From Ophelia neglecta (lineage: Eukaryota), in NCBI GenBank assembly GCA_965285935.1, contig OZ260661.1, positions 129,394,001 to 129,458,000 of the forward strand: DNA of 64,000 nucleotides. Reading direction: 5' to 3'. Under the pieces are notes generated by a model, which saw nothing but the letters and a program-made list of their open reading frames with translations, was not told where the DNA came from and ran no database searches. Positions 13,394 through 25,060 of this stretch are shown here, piece after piece. The first letter of the stretch is position 1, and every line of letters begins with the position of its first letter. A program made the position numbers and the translations under genes.

Positions 13394-14165
13394 TTACAAA
13401 TGTATTTACCATATGCGAGTTGGAGGTAGATTTACGGATGTGTGTGGCGCTGTGGCTGTTGGTTCCTGATGATTTCGGGCCGATTCAATGGACTATTCTC
13501 GACTAATGATATGGCTTTGTCTACCGGGTATTCTTTCCCGTTTTTTTACGTATGCATTTATTTTCTACCCTCTGTGTTGCGAAGGTCCACATGATTTTGT
13601 TCACCATGTATCATTCAGAGTATGATATAAACCCCACAAGTTAAAATAACAAGGCAACGTTCCTTGAACAAGGTAATGAATTGCCATTTCATGTACCTTA
13701 TTTCGTTACAAGTGTGTTTACCATATGCGAGTTGGAGATAGATTTACGGCTGTGGCTGCTGGTTCCTGATGATTTCGGGCCGATTCAATGGACTATTCTC
13801 GAATAAAGACTTGCCTTTGTCTGCCGCGTATCCACTCCCGTTTTTTAAAGTATGCATTTAGCTTCTTCCCTCTGTGGTGAGAAGGTCCACATGAAATTTT
13901 TCACCCGGTATCATTCGGAGTATAATATAAACCCCAAGCTAAAGGACAAGGGATCGTTCCTTGAACTAGGTAATGAATTGCCATTTCATGTACCTTATTT
14001 CGTTACATGTGTATCTTCTGTCTCGGAGCAAAAGCTTGGTGTATTTAGGTGTAATAATTGGGTCTGTGGCTGCTGGTTCCTGGTAATTTAGAACCACTTT
14101 AATTGAATATTCTTGATTGAAGAGTTTGCTTTATCTGTCACGTGTCAATCGCCGTTGTTCTTGTA
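13394..14165 (+). repeat. Tandem trimer of an unidentified ~300-bp dispersed repeat
   Basis: Units start at 13394, 13706 and 14003 (the third is diverged and partial). Core: gctgtggctgctggttcctgatgatttcgggccgattcaatggactattctcga. Confidence 0.9.
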
Positions 14166-14499
14166 ATATTATCAACTAAGCCAGTTCCTTACAATTTAAA
14201 CTAACAAACGAATACTACTGGTTAGATACCATCAAATGGACTACTGGAAAAGTGCCATACACCAGTTCAAAACATATACATAGTCAAAACAGATAGATTA
14301 AGGCTTAATCAAGCCGAAAAACATAACTGCCCATGTCATTGATTGCGGTTTTATCCCCGGTGATTCTATATCTGTTCTATTATAGTTGACAATAAAAGTT
14401 AACATTTTAAAACAAGTGAAAACTGATTCACCTTTTTTTGAATCCTGCCAATGCGAGATTACGATCTAACATATTCTTTTGGAATGTAGTGATTTTATC

Positions 14500-14725
14500 G
14501 GCCTTTGATTAAAAGCGGAGGCGCGAAGCCTTGCGGAGGTGAATCCAGAAATTAGAACAGAGCACTAGACCTATCAAACCTGTCCCTAACCCTTCCCCTA
14601 ACCCTAAAATTTACCCTCCGTCCTAACCCTTTCCTTGCTGACGATTATTTGCTTCATGCCACTCAGAAATACTCATGACCTCCGCCTCTGCATAGCCTCT
14701 GCACCTCCGCGTTTAATCAATAGCC
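14500..14725. mobile_element. 226-bp MITE with ~25-bp TIRs, 8-bp TSD and internal CCCTAA repeats
   Basis: The start GGCCTTTGATTAAAAGCGGAGGCGC matches the reverse complement of the end, GGCTATTGATTAAACGCGGAGGTGC. ATTTTATC flanks both sides (14492-14499, 14726-14733). CCCTAA-like units lie at 14584-14630. Confidence 0.9.
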
Positions 14726-16745
14726 ATTTTATCGAGGCTAAAAACCGTTTTATAACGTTAACAGCCTCAAAACTTTATTCGACAAGGCCTGTCCTGTCAC
14801 ACACGGTTTTGAGACTGTTAACGTTGTGCCTATGGGCTGTTAAACAATAACGCGGGAAAGTTTAACAAGTATCCTCCTTTACTTACATATTTTAGTCAGA
14901 AATATATCTGACCCATTCACCTTGAAGATTTTTATGAAATAGACTTAAATAATAACTTATTTCATACCTTTATCCTTAAATAAATAAAGATGCACAGTAC
15001 AATAGATATAACATGAAGTCAGAACTATACCCAAATTAAGACATGGCCCACATGGTGCTTATGTGAGGTTAAGCCCCAAATATTCAAATCCAGGAACCAA
15101 CCAGTCCAATAGTGCGGAAGCCCTCCTTAGACTATAAGAGTGGGAGTAGGGCCTCCAGCTGCTTTCTAATGCACGTCAATAAGGGTAATCACTCCTACGC
15201 AATGTTGCCATCAGAAATGGCATATATTTAGTTCGAAGTACATAGTATCTGGAGAACCATTTTGTCTAGAAGGGGAATATCCCTATTTAACTGTTACGAC
15301 CCAATATCTTGTTTATAGTCTTGAAAGGCCATGCGTAAAATTCGAGTCATTTTTATTTTAAGTGTAATGTAGGCGTTCTTCGTATTTTGGCGGTCTGCAG
15401 ACTAAAGCCATTGGCGAAATGACATGCCAGAGGTTTTCCACTGAATATATGCTTATATGTATGATTCTGTAGTCGAGCTTGGTAACACTGCTGACATCAA
15501 AAACAAGGTAAGCCTTGTAAAAACTTGTAAGATGTCTTCCTCAAATCATATACGTGACTTACTGCACTAACCATTGGCCATGCTTTGTCAATCTGTGCAT
15601 ATCAAATGAACGTTGTGCTTTTATGGTTTCATGGTCAGCGAAATCAAGTTGTAATACGTTGTGCGTCAGCCCTTGTTGAAATGCAAGTAAATGCATGTCA
15701 TGTTGTCGAACGGTACTAAGTCATGAACACAGACGGTGGAAAAAGACAAGACGACAATGATCATGTTAATTTGATTCCCGCCCAATTTAAGCGTAATTAG
15801 ATGCCGCGTTATTAGTCCGACAAATACCATAGAAATAAAGCACGGAAGCCAGATCAAAGAAATTTATTCATTTCGATACGTTCAACAGTTGAGCCACTAT
15901 TACAACTTATCACTTATAACAGAGTATAGTCGCAGGCGAATTTCCGATGGTTCATGTAGCTGAAAATCAGAAAAGTCCTCTGATTTTTCTAACCAACTTA
16001 GTTCCGAAAAACAGTATTTGTATGAATCCTTGTCTCTGGCATAAAAATTCATAATATGGATGTCACTCGTACATGCGTGGACACAGATGTAATCTGATCA
16101 GGCCGACTCTCTTTCACCTGCGTAGCGGGCAAGCCAGGCTCCCACACACACTTATGCATATGAATAAGAGGACTAGGAGTAAATTAGATTGAGCCTTTCT
16201 CCTAGAAGACTGTAATAAGGAATATGTTTCTCAGATTTAATATTAGAAAAACACACTGTGTGCGCATCAAATTACTGAATAAGATTGAATAAACACCAGT
16301 TACTAGTGTATGCTAAAGAAAATAGTCACTTTACGCCTGGTTATTCTTCTAAATATATATTGATATATTTTTTTAGATAGTTAAACGATGTGTATGTGTC
16401 TGTGTCCAACAAGCGCCTAATTTGGGCCTATTTTTAACCTTGAGGAACAAGTAATCTCCTGATCACCGTTTGATATTCTAGAGTCAAGCAACATCTTAGA
16501 GGAAGTAGGTTTCAACCAAGCATGCGACGTTTTCCAGGCAACGAATTGAAATGTTAATCCGGTATGATTTGATAGACAGAGTTTGCGTGTCTCCAAGACT
16601 GAATTCAGAGGGAGTCGTTTGACTTACCGCAAAGTACCAGACGGCGAAGTCTTTGGATAACGATTTGTCTCTTTGACTGTTACATTGGTGGGCAATGTGG
16701 TTCTACGCAAACATTTAACGGGAGTGAATAATGGCAGACATACTA

Positions 16746-16923
16746 CTGTGAAACCTGTGAATTAAGACCACCCAAGAGACTGGAAAATGCTGGTCTGATT
16801 TTGGAGGTGGTCTGTTTAGACAGGTTATTCAACATTGCAAGTATACAACCTGGTCCTTATATAAGTGGTCTCAATTGACAGGTGGTCTGATTATAGAGGT
16901 GGTCTTTAAGGCAGGATTCACTG
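16746..16923 (+). mobile_element. MITE family A (178 bp)
   Basis: TA|CTGTGAAACCTGTGAATTAAGACC...GCAGGATTCACTG; homologous to 858-1035. Confidence 0.9.
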
Positions 16924-17322
16924 TTAATCGTTAATAAATTAAATCGGAATCGAGTACAATTATCTCAAGCGCCTCCCCCCCCCCTTTTGAGTGGGACATG
17001 GCCATGTATGGGATCGAACAAAGCTAACAGTGTAAAGCAAACAGTGTGAAAGGCACTAGAAAAATAGGAGGAGATACCCAGCAGAGATAGCCAAATCATT
17101 AATCAATTAAAGTCAACTTAAATCGGTCCAAAATTAAATCGATCCGGGAAAATAATCGGGAACGAGCAGGCCCTCACAAACCAATACATAAATTCGCAGT
17201 TCCAAACAGTAAATAAACTTGTTTTGCAAAAAATAGAAATGTAAACAAAAAATTGATAGCCCTTGAAGATTCTATGATTCTAAGATTTTCGCAAAATCAA
17301 GGAAACGATTTTCAAAAGCAAT

Positions 17323-17412
17323 ACTATGGTTGGAAATATGAAATCCAACCGCTCTGTTAAAATCGCAGCTTCAATAATATATATGTCTGGAGCAGGTAGC
17401 CAAGAATAAAAT
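17323..17412 (+). repeat. Second copy of the 90-bp segment X, abutting the inverted arm
   Basis: Direct repeat of 10727-10816; its last 7 nt (ATAAAAT) are shared with the start of the inverted arm. Confidence 0.95.
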
Positions 17413-18459
17413 GGCTATTGATTAAACGCGGAGGTGCGGAAGCTATGCGGAGGCGGAGGTCATGAGTATTTCTGAGTGGCATGAAGCAAATAATCGTCAG
17501 CAAGGAAAGGGTTAGGACGGAGGGTTAATTTTAGGGTTAGGGGAAGGGTTAGGGACAGGTTTGATAGGTCTAGTGCTCTGTTCTAATTTCTGGATTCACC
17601 TCCGCAAGGCTCCGAGCCTCCGCTTTTAATCAAAAGCCGATAAAATCACTACATTCCAAAAGAATATGTTGGATCGTAGTCTCGCATTGGCAGGATTCAA
17701 AAAAAGGTGAATCAGTTTTCACTTGTTTTAAAATGTTACCTTTTATTGTCAACTATAATAGAACAGATATAGAATCACCGGGGATAAAACCGCAATCAAT
17801 GACATGGGCAGTTATGTTTTTCGGCTTGATGAAGCCTTAATCTATCTGTTTTGACTATGTATATGTTTTGAACTGGTGTATGGCACTTTTCCAGTAGTCC
17901 ATTTGATGGTATCTAACCAGTAGTATTTGTCTGTTAGTTTAAATTGTAAGGAACTGGCTTAGTTGATAATATTACAAGAACAACGGGGATGGACACGTGA
18001 CAGATAAAGCAAACTCTTCAATCAAGAATATTCAATTAAATTGGTCCTAAATTACCAGGCACCAGCAGCCACAGACCCAATTATTACACCTAAATACACC
18101 AAGCTTTTGCTCCGAGACAGAAGATACACATGTAACGAAATAAGGTACATGAAATGGCAATTCATTACCTAGTTCAAGGAACGATCCCTTGTCCTTTAGC
18201 TTGGGGTTTATATCATACTCCGAATGATACCAGGTGAAAAATTTCATGTGGACCTTCTCACCACAGAAAGAAGAAGCTAAATGCATATTTTAAAAAACGG
18301 GAGTGGATACGCGGCAGACAAAGGCAAGTCTTTATTCGAGAATAGTCCATTGAATCGGCCCGAAATCATCAGGAACCAGCAGCCACATCCGTAAATCTAT
18401 CTCCAACTCGAATATGGTAAATACACTTGTAATGCAAATAATAATAAAAACATAAATTG
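17406..18459 (-). repeat. Right arm of the long inverted duplication
   Basis: Reverse complement of 13367-14732 lacking one 312-bp unit. Confidence 0.97.
17413..17638. mobile_element. Duplicated copy of the TTAGGG-containing MITE
   Basis: GGCTATTGATTAAACGCGG...TTTTAATCAAAAGCC, followed by GATAAAAT. Confidence 0.9.
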
Positions 18460-21400
18460 GATATAACTTACATTGAGAATTAGTCACTTCTTTTTCCACG
18501 TGGTCAATCTGAGCCCTCACATGAGCGGTTATGTGCTTCTGTTCAATTTACCATGAGACAGGTAGTGGTGACTCATTTTCTTGCGTTATTCTCTTGGGCA
18601 GGTTAAGCTATGGAAGAAATGGGGTTAAGCACATGTTGGCGGCACCTATACCAATCTGTTGATATATACATATGAGAGATAAAAATTTATATTTTTATTA
18701 TTTTATATTTTTAATAAATTTAGCCGTTATTATCTTACCCCCCAAACCAACGTAGATCACTGGAAATCATTTATATGAAATTGAGAAAGAATCATTCGCT
18801 AAATTGCACAGATAGCTTTCAATATGTGTTGTAAGTAAATTTTAGCCAAATAAACTAGAGTTGGGTTTCTAGATAGAGTATGAATATATTTTCTCTCGTT
18901 AGTGAGTAAAACTAATTCAACTCTCACTTGTAGAGCGTCGTAAATCTGGCTAGTAAATCCAGCAAATCCTTTGGCGGCCTGCCTGTATATTTCTGTGTTT
19001 AAGCCTTTGTTTAAGCTGCTGGAAAGGGCAAATTTACCAGATGATATATCGAATGCGTCCTTATTTAGAATTCAATGATGGGCGTGACATTTGGCTTTCA
19101 ACAAAACTGGCTTTCTTCATAACACATTTTCTTCATCCTGTATTTTTACAGATAGCTGAAATGCTTAATCATAGAATAAGCAAGCTTATTAGAACTAATT
19201 GCGAACCATTAAGCCAATATTTAAGACCGTGCCTAAATTAAAAACCGTGACCGGCCTAAATCACATGCCAAATTGCATCAAACTTTAACTCGTACCTAAT
19301 TGGGAACTCAATTATGCAAACGTTGGGTGTCTTTGGCGATTGTGTCTAAGTAGACATTGTTTATTCAGCAGTACAAACAAATACATTACCTGCACTTACT
19401 TTACACATGGATACTTGAGTTGTAGGATGTAAAACACAATAAACGTTATTTGAACAAAGCAGTACCTCTACGTGCTGTGGTCAATGTTCACATATAGGTC
19501 ACGTTAAGGACAACTCGAACAAATTTTTCACTACGTATATTTTTCACACATGCACATCTTGCACCCTAGCGCATTGATTGACAATAATACCTTACTCTGA
19601 GTTGGCATTTTCAGCTCCCCCATTGTCAGCCTGTGTTTATCAAGAACAGGCTTTTCATTATATATGTGAGAGATTTTTTTTCAGGATGTACTATAGAGTC
19701 TTATAAAGTTTCAATTTCTAATCCTGTACGTTTGCTTAAGAACTCGATGTTTGCAATGAGATTTCGTGCTATATATACAAGCGCGCTTTTGTTGGAGCTT
19801 GACCATAAACTCGCTTACAAATTTTAAAGGATATGGCATAGAAACAAACCATTCCTCCCTTCTCTGGGCGCATTGTGCATCAGCTACTTGAGCGATGTAC
19901 AGAGTTTCCTTATCTTTTGTCACGTTTATTGTTTCGCCAAATTATCAAATAAAACAGGGCCATATGGGACCCCTCACCGTGCCTACTAAACGGGAATAGA
20001 TTACAGGCAGACAAGACCAAATCATTCCAACAAATAGCCCATTAAATGGATCCTAAATCATCGTTAACTGTGACAAACGGGGACTCAAATGTCCCAACAG
20101 CAAATAACAATACCTTAGAGAGGACACTGAATTAAAACTGGCGAGTCGTTACATTGTAAGCCTACACAATACGACAGATAACCGCTAGTATTTACAACAA
20201 CGACAGTCCATTGCTGTGTATTGCGGTATATTTGGTTAGTAATTTGCAGATCTCTGTTATCCGGTGTGTCTATCGGTTACTATACCAGGACAGTTTAATA
20301 TAGGTTATTTATTATAAACCACATCAGATATATGCAGATTCTTTCCGAAAGGAGACCATTATTATATATTAAGTAGGGGAAGCTGATTACCTTGAAGTAC
20401 ATGCTGAACGCTAAAAATGAAGTGAAGCTTTGTTGTTTATGAGCAATGTAGAAACATCCCTGTTAATTTGACTAATTAAAACAGGACATGCCAGCAGTCT
20501 ACACTGGGGCAAACTGCGGTTGGAATTTATAGAATGCTCAATCACAGATTTAATCGTACAATAGTGAAAATAACGGATATTTCCTTCACCTACAGGTGTT
20601 CTCCGTGTGCTTACACATAACCATAAAACCAAACAAAAACGTGGGCGTAGAAACCAATCCATTTTTGGGTTTTAATGTGTCTTTTATGTTCAATAAAAGG
20701 TTATTTATACTAGTAACTGTAAAACCTCCAACATATATTATTAAAATGAATACATGTCAAGTTATTCTTATTCAAACTCTGGCGTTGAATAATTTATAAA
20801 AACTGTTTACATTGCCGTCAGCATCATATATTATTCTCTTTTAATGAAGATATCGGTGAAGATTTGCCACTTCGAGCGTTTTTTGGGTCTATAGAAACCT
20901 TTAACTTGTATACAGAGCTGCGCTGCTGAATATGCTTCCAGTACCCACCAAAGCAGCAGCGCCATAAACACCTCAAATCGATCCCAGCGCTGAATGAGAA
21001 AAAAATTACCGCCCATTCTAGGCAGCGCTGCAAAGGCGTGTTAACCATATAACGAATTATTATAGGCCATTTTGTTCAGCTCTTAAAAATCATTGTAATT
21101 CTCGGCAGCTCAGACAATTAAATAACGACAGCGTAAGCATGGGATTGAAAGCTCGCACGCGGAGCCGTATGGTTGTTTCACATTTGGTTATGCGCAAATA
21201 ATTCTTAGCAGTATATGGAGTTTGTCCTTTCTTCGAGTAGCGATAGGCGAGTTAAACTCCCATTTGTAATTTATATTTTCACATTTTGATTTCTTTATTT
21301 TTTGGTGGAATTGATTTTTTTTTGTCAATTTTTAAAAATTAAATGAATATATTTTGTTTAAAAGCTTTTAAAACATTGGTTGTCATTGCGTTTAGCGTTA

Positions 21401-23229
21401 ATGACTGCCTACATATGGCTGGGTCCTGGATTCAAGTCAATTACTGGGTGTAAGACAGCTTGGGATTTCGATCAATCAACTGCTAAGCTTTTCGTCTGCA
21501 ACAGCTTTAGGCTGTTATCTTTGAGGCTCTGCTACCTAGAATAATCAGTGATTTGAATTAGGGGCTCGTCTGTTTTGTGATCACAGCCAGATTCAATCAC
21601 TCTGTGCTTTATACTAGTTTTAAGAAAGCTACTTAGAAATCGACGTTGTATTAACGCGAACAACTTGGCCATGTTATGAAATGCTGGAGGCTGAAAATGT
21701 GATTGTCAGCCGATGGGTGTGTTTACACAGACCTAGTATTCTTTCATTCTAAGTGAAGATATACACACATGTGTATAGGCCATTGTAACCAAGTGCCTGT
21801 TTGAATTCCATTTCCGCTATGAGATCCGTATTTGTAATCCAGTATAAACCAGAAAAGAGTGATAAACCGTGACATTACATCGTTTAAAATCAGTCGTGAT
21901 TCGAGATCATCTTATAAAAAGCGTAGTCCCATGGGCAATATAAATATTAAAGGCACTGAAAGCTATTTGGTTTTAATATGGGTTCATAATCTTATTATAA
22001 GACAAATTGCCTAATCGAGCGTTAGGGACATATGTTTGTAGCTCGACGTTTTGCAGCTTGATATGGGGTGCGTAGACAAAAAATTAAATTACCGCCCTCG
22101 GGGACATTTTTCCGTTTTCCATCTTTGTATACATTTTAAAACCACAACTAAAGCATAAATCATAACTGGGATCTTTAAGTTTAAAATCATTTGCAAATTA
22201 ATATATCTCTCCAGTCTACTTCATCGCCCATACAACATTTCAGTAAGTGCCGGTAGGTTTATGCTGGGACTATCTCATTCAGAAGCAATCATGCCAAGAA
22301 GGGTAGTACATTACGTCTTGTTGAGGCCGACGGCTTCTATGATTGATTCCTTGGCTATTACTGCAAGGCTACCCGCGCCCTAACGGCATGTTACTGAGGA
22401 TGATACAATATTGGTTTCATATTGGCAATCGACTGTTTAGCTGGATCTTGGACACTTTGGACAACAGTGAAGAATCCCGCGACAACCGAAACAGTTTCAT
22501 ATTTGTTTCTTATCTAAATATTCATGAATCATACACAACATATACTATTTGTCATATTTGAATCTATCTTTATAACTAATGTGTTCACTTTATTGTTATT
22601 TTTTTCTATTATACCAATGTGTAGTTAGGCTGCTCAGCAGGTTGCTTCTTCGGTATTTGTAATCCGTTTTAAACACAGTACCCTAGCAGATGTATCTATA
22701 GTCGTTTTTTGGCAACTATGTCTGTTCGAAACACTTACATTTGGGACATTTGGTTTTATTTTGCTCTTGCCAAGTTTGTTTGAAAAAATCGAATTTTCTA
22801 ATGTTGATGTGAAATGGCAATTACATGTCTGTTAACAGGTTGAGTAAAAAAGGCGACCCTACCACCTTCGATAAAGCACACTTTTCGCGAAATTTTGTGA
22901 TGTTCGGAATATATTCCGCACGTTTCCTTGCAATTAACTTAAGATAGAGCCCTAGTCATGCCCACAGAGCACTAACGTATACCCTTTAAAGAATGTCATT
23001 GGCCAAACAAAGTCAAAGTATGTATCGATTAGTTGCGAACATTTGGAAGAGTGACATTTATATATACACATGTAACATGGTTGTTGCTAAGAGACCAACT
23101 AATTCAATCAAGATTGCTGGTTTCGATATGTGGTTAAAACAATTCACTGACATGTACTTGTCCTTTATTCATCAAAACCATGTATATTGCTTTCAATCAC
23201 CTGGAGTTGAATTCTGGTTTTAACCGGTG

Positions 23230-23425
23230 CGTGATTGATGTCAACACTGGCTGCTACCCGGCACCGATCGCTGCCGACGCTGACTGCTTACCCGAACGTG
23301 ATTCTAGCCGACGCTGGCTGCTTCTCGCACGTGATTGTTGCTAACTCTGGCTGCTATACGAGCAATCACGTGATTCTTGTCGTCACTGCCTGATGCCCGG
23401 ACGTAATTGTGCCCACGACGTTGGT
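23230..23425. repeat. Degenerate ~33-bp tandem repeat (about 6 units)
   Basis: Approximate consensus cgtgattgttgccgacgctggctgctacccgga. Confidence 0.75.
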
Positions 23426-23869
23426 CGGAAATTACATACTATTAGGTCCAAGTATATGGGACAAGTATTTATCATATACATGTACTTATATCATCTTCCT
23501 GTCTCAAATGGTCAATCTACCTGGGTTATAGCAGTGCTTAAGGCGTCGTTAGAATTGACATGTCGTGATTTTGTTTTGGTACGGGCTGCCTGAAATAGGT
23601 ATAAGATAGGTAAAACCATGCTTTAATACAGTGCACGGTGTGGTATATCAGTCTAGATCATGTATTAGTTGCTAGGCAGGTGTACCACAAAGTACCAGTG
23701 TACAAACCTGGCGTAAATGATAGTATTAAATAGAAATTACTTAAATACAGAAGCTCAATGCTAATCAGAAACACACTTACTGAATGTGACTAAAAAGACT
23801 CCCTGCAAATTTTGTACATAAAAATCATACAGAGTAATATCAAATATCAACTACGGCAGTGTGTTTTCA

Positions 23870-24230
23870 GGAACATTTTACTAGGATACGTAAACACGTC
23901 CACTGTTCAGTCGCAGGTACGTTTTGATGAGACCGATGGCTTGTTCAACGATTAAAGCTACACCGACTAGACCGTAATATTGAACAATTTTGAACTTGTG
24001 CACAAAACAATTTCAGCGGTTACTGTGCTTTATAGGGAAGTGGGTTTTTGATTATAGCGTATACCTGTTTAGCTATCTCGTTGTCGATGACGGTGTTTGA
24101 AGCACCTATCTTCGTTTATTCCGGGCCACTAGTGTCGGTAGTCCTCACGATAAATAGATACAAATGGTGCAATGAAATATGTTTTCGATCAACACCAGTC
24201 ACCTTAACCTAATGCTGCACCACAATCCTT
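23870..24230 (-). mobile_element. PIF/Harbinger-type DDE transposase fragment
   Basis: LIVEQAIGLIKTYLRLN (~23905-23955) resembles R..VE.AIG.LK.F.IL. Upstream IAKQVY resembles the ADKGY box. Frameshifted. Confidence 0.5.
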
Positions 24231-24905
24231 TGTTATGCGTTGTTTAAAGAACAGCAAGGAGGTGTTATCTTATATACATCCAACTTTGATCATTTATATG
24301 ATGTAAATACTAATGTGCATTGCATTGAACAAGCAGAAATATGTCGTACAATTATGATTTTATAATTTGTTTTATTGTTAGTAGAAATCGATTTCCTACA
24401 CATGCAAAATTGAAAAAAAAAACATTTTTTTCCAGCCGCTTCAATGTGTTTCTATTAAACATTTGGCTTTGAGTATTGTATATCAATGGGTTCTTTATTG
24501 ACAGACATTGCTAGAAACGGAAGTCTAGTATGGTATTGGTACATTGGTAACATGTAATGTGACAAATGATCCTTCAAAAACTGGGATATTACTACATATA
24601 TGTGTAAATCAGAGCGTTATTGAGCTAATCAGGAAAGCATTATAGCGCCGGTCTCAATGCTTTCAGTTCTATTCAGTCGTCCGCCAGTCGGGATGCCTTT
24701 GTAATGACATTGATCTGTTGACTCTGGTACACAAAGGCGTTTCCTAACAAGGCTATTGTCGATCGGACTATGTCATGTCCAGCCCAATAGAAAATCGATT
24801 CCATTATTCGGTCAAGCTAGGAGCTATTTCTAAAGTAATCGAATATTGTCCTCATGGTGGCCTCGTGACATAGGGCGTGAAAGGAGGTAGTAATTCAATT
24901 TGAAA

Positions 24906-25060
24906 CAATGAAACCTGTGAATAAAAACCACCCAGGGGACTGGAAATTGCTGGTCTGATTTTGAAGGTGGCCTGTTTAGACAGGTTATTTGACATCTAAA
25001 GCATACAGCATGGTCTTCATATTTTTGGTATGAATTTACAAGTAGTCTGATTATAGAGGT
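24906..25060 (+). mobile_element. MITE family A, 3'-truncated copy
   Basis: caatgaaacctgtgaataaaaaccacccagggga...gtctgattatagaggt; the final TIR is absent. Confidence 0.85.

Larger units (their letters stand above)
13367..14732 (+). repeat. Left arm of a long inverted duplication
   Basis: Reverse complement of 17406-18459 with few substitutions. ORFs 13852..14091(+) and 18047..18286(-) are near-identical. This arm has one extra 312-bp unit. Confidence 0.97.

Noticed and set aside
13450-13510. Hammerhead ribozyme in the dispersed repeat (conserved CTGATGA)
   Set aside because: No G-C-closed stem II followed by GAAA, and no stem III with a cleavage triplet, could be built.
13852-14091. Near-identical 79-aa ORF pair (also 18047..18286) as a duplicated gene
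   Set aside because: Both lie inside the non-coding repeat units of the inverted duplication; the identity reflects recent DNA duplication.
15090-15160. Second tyrosine recombinase fragment (HSYSLRRGFRT, minus)
   Set aside because: A single short motif with no supporting flanking motifs.
21947-22990. Kolobok element bounded by TTAA
   Set aside because: The putative termini are not reverse complements beyond 3 nt.
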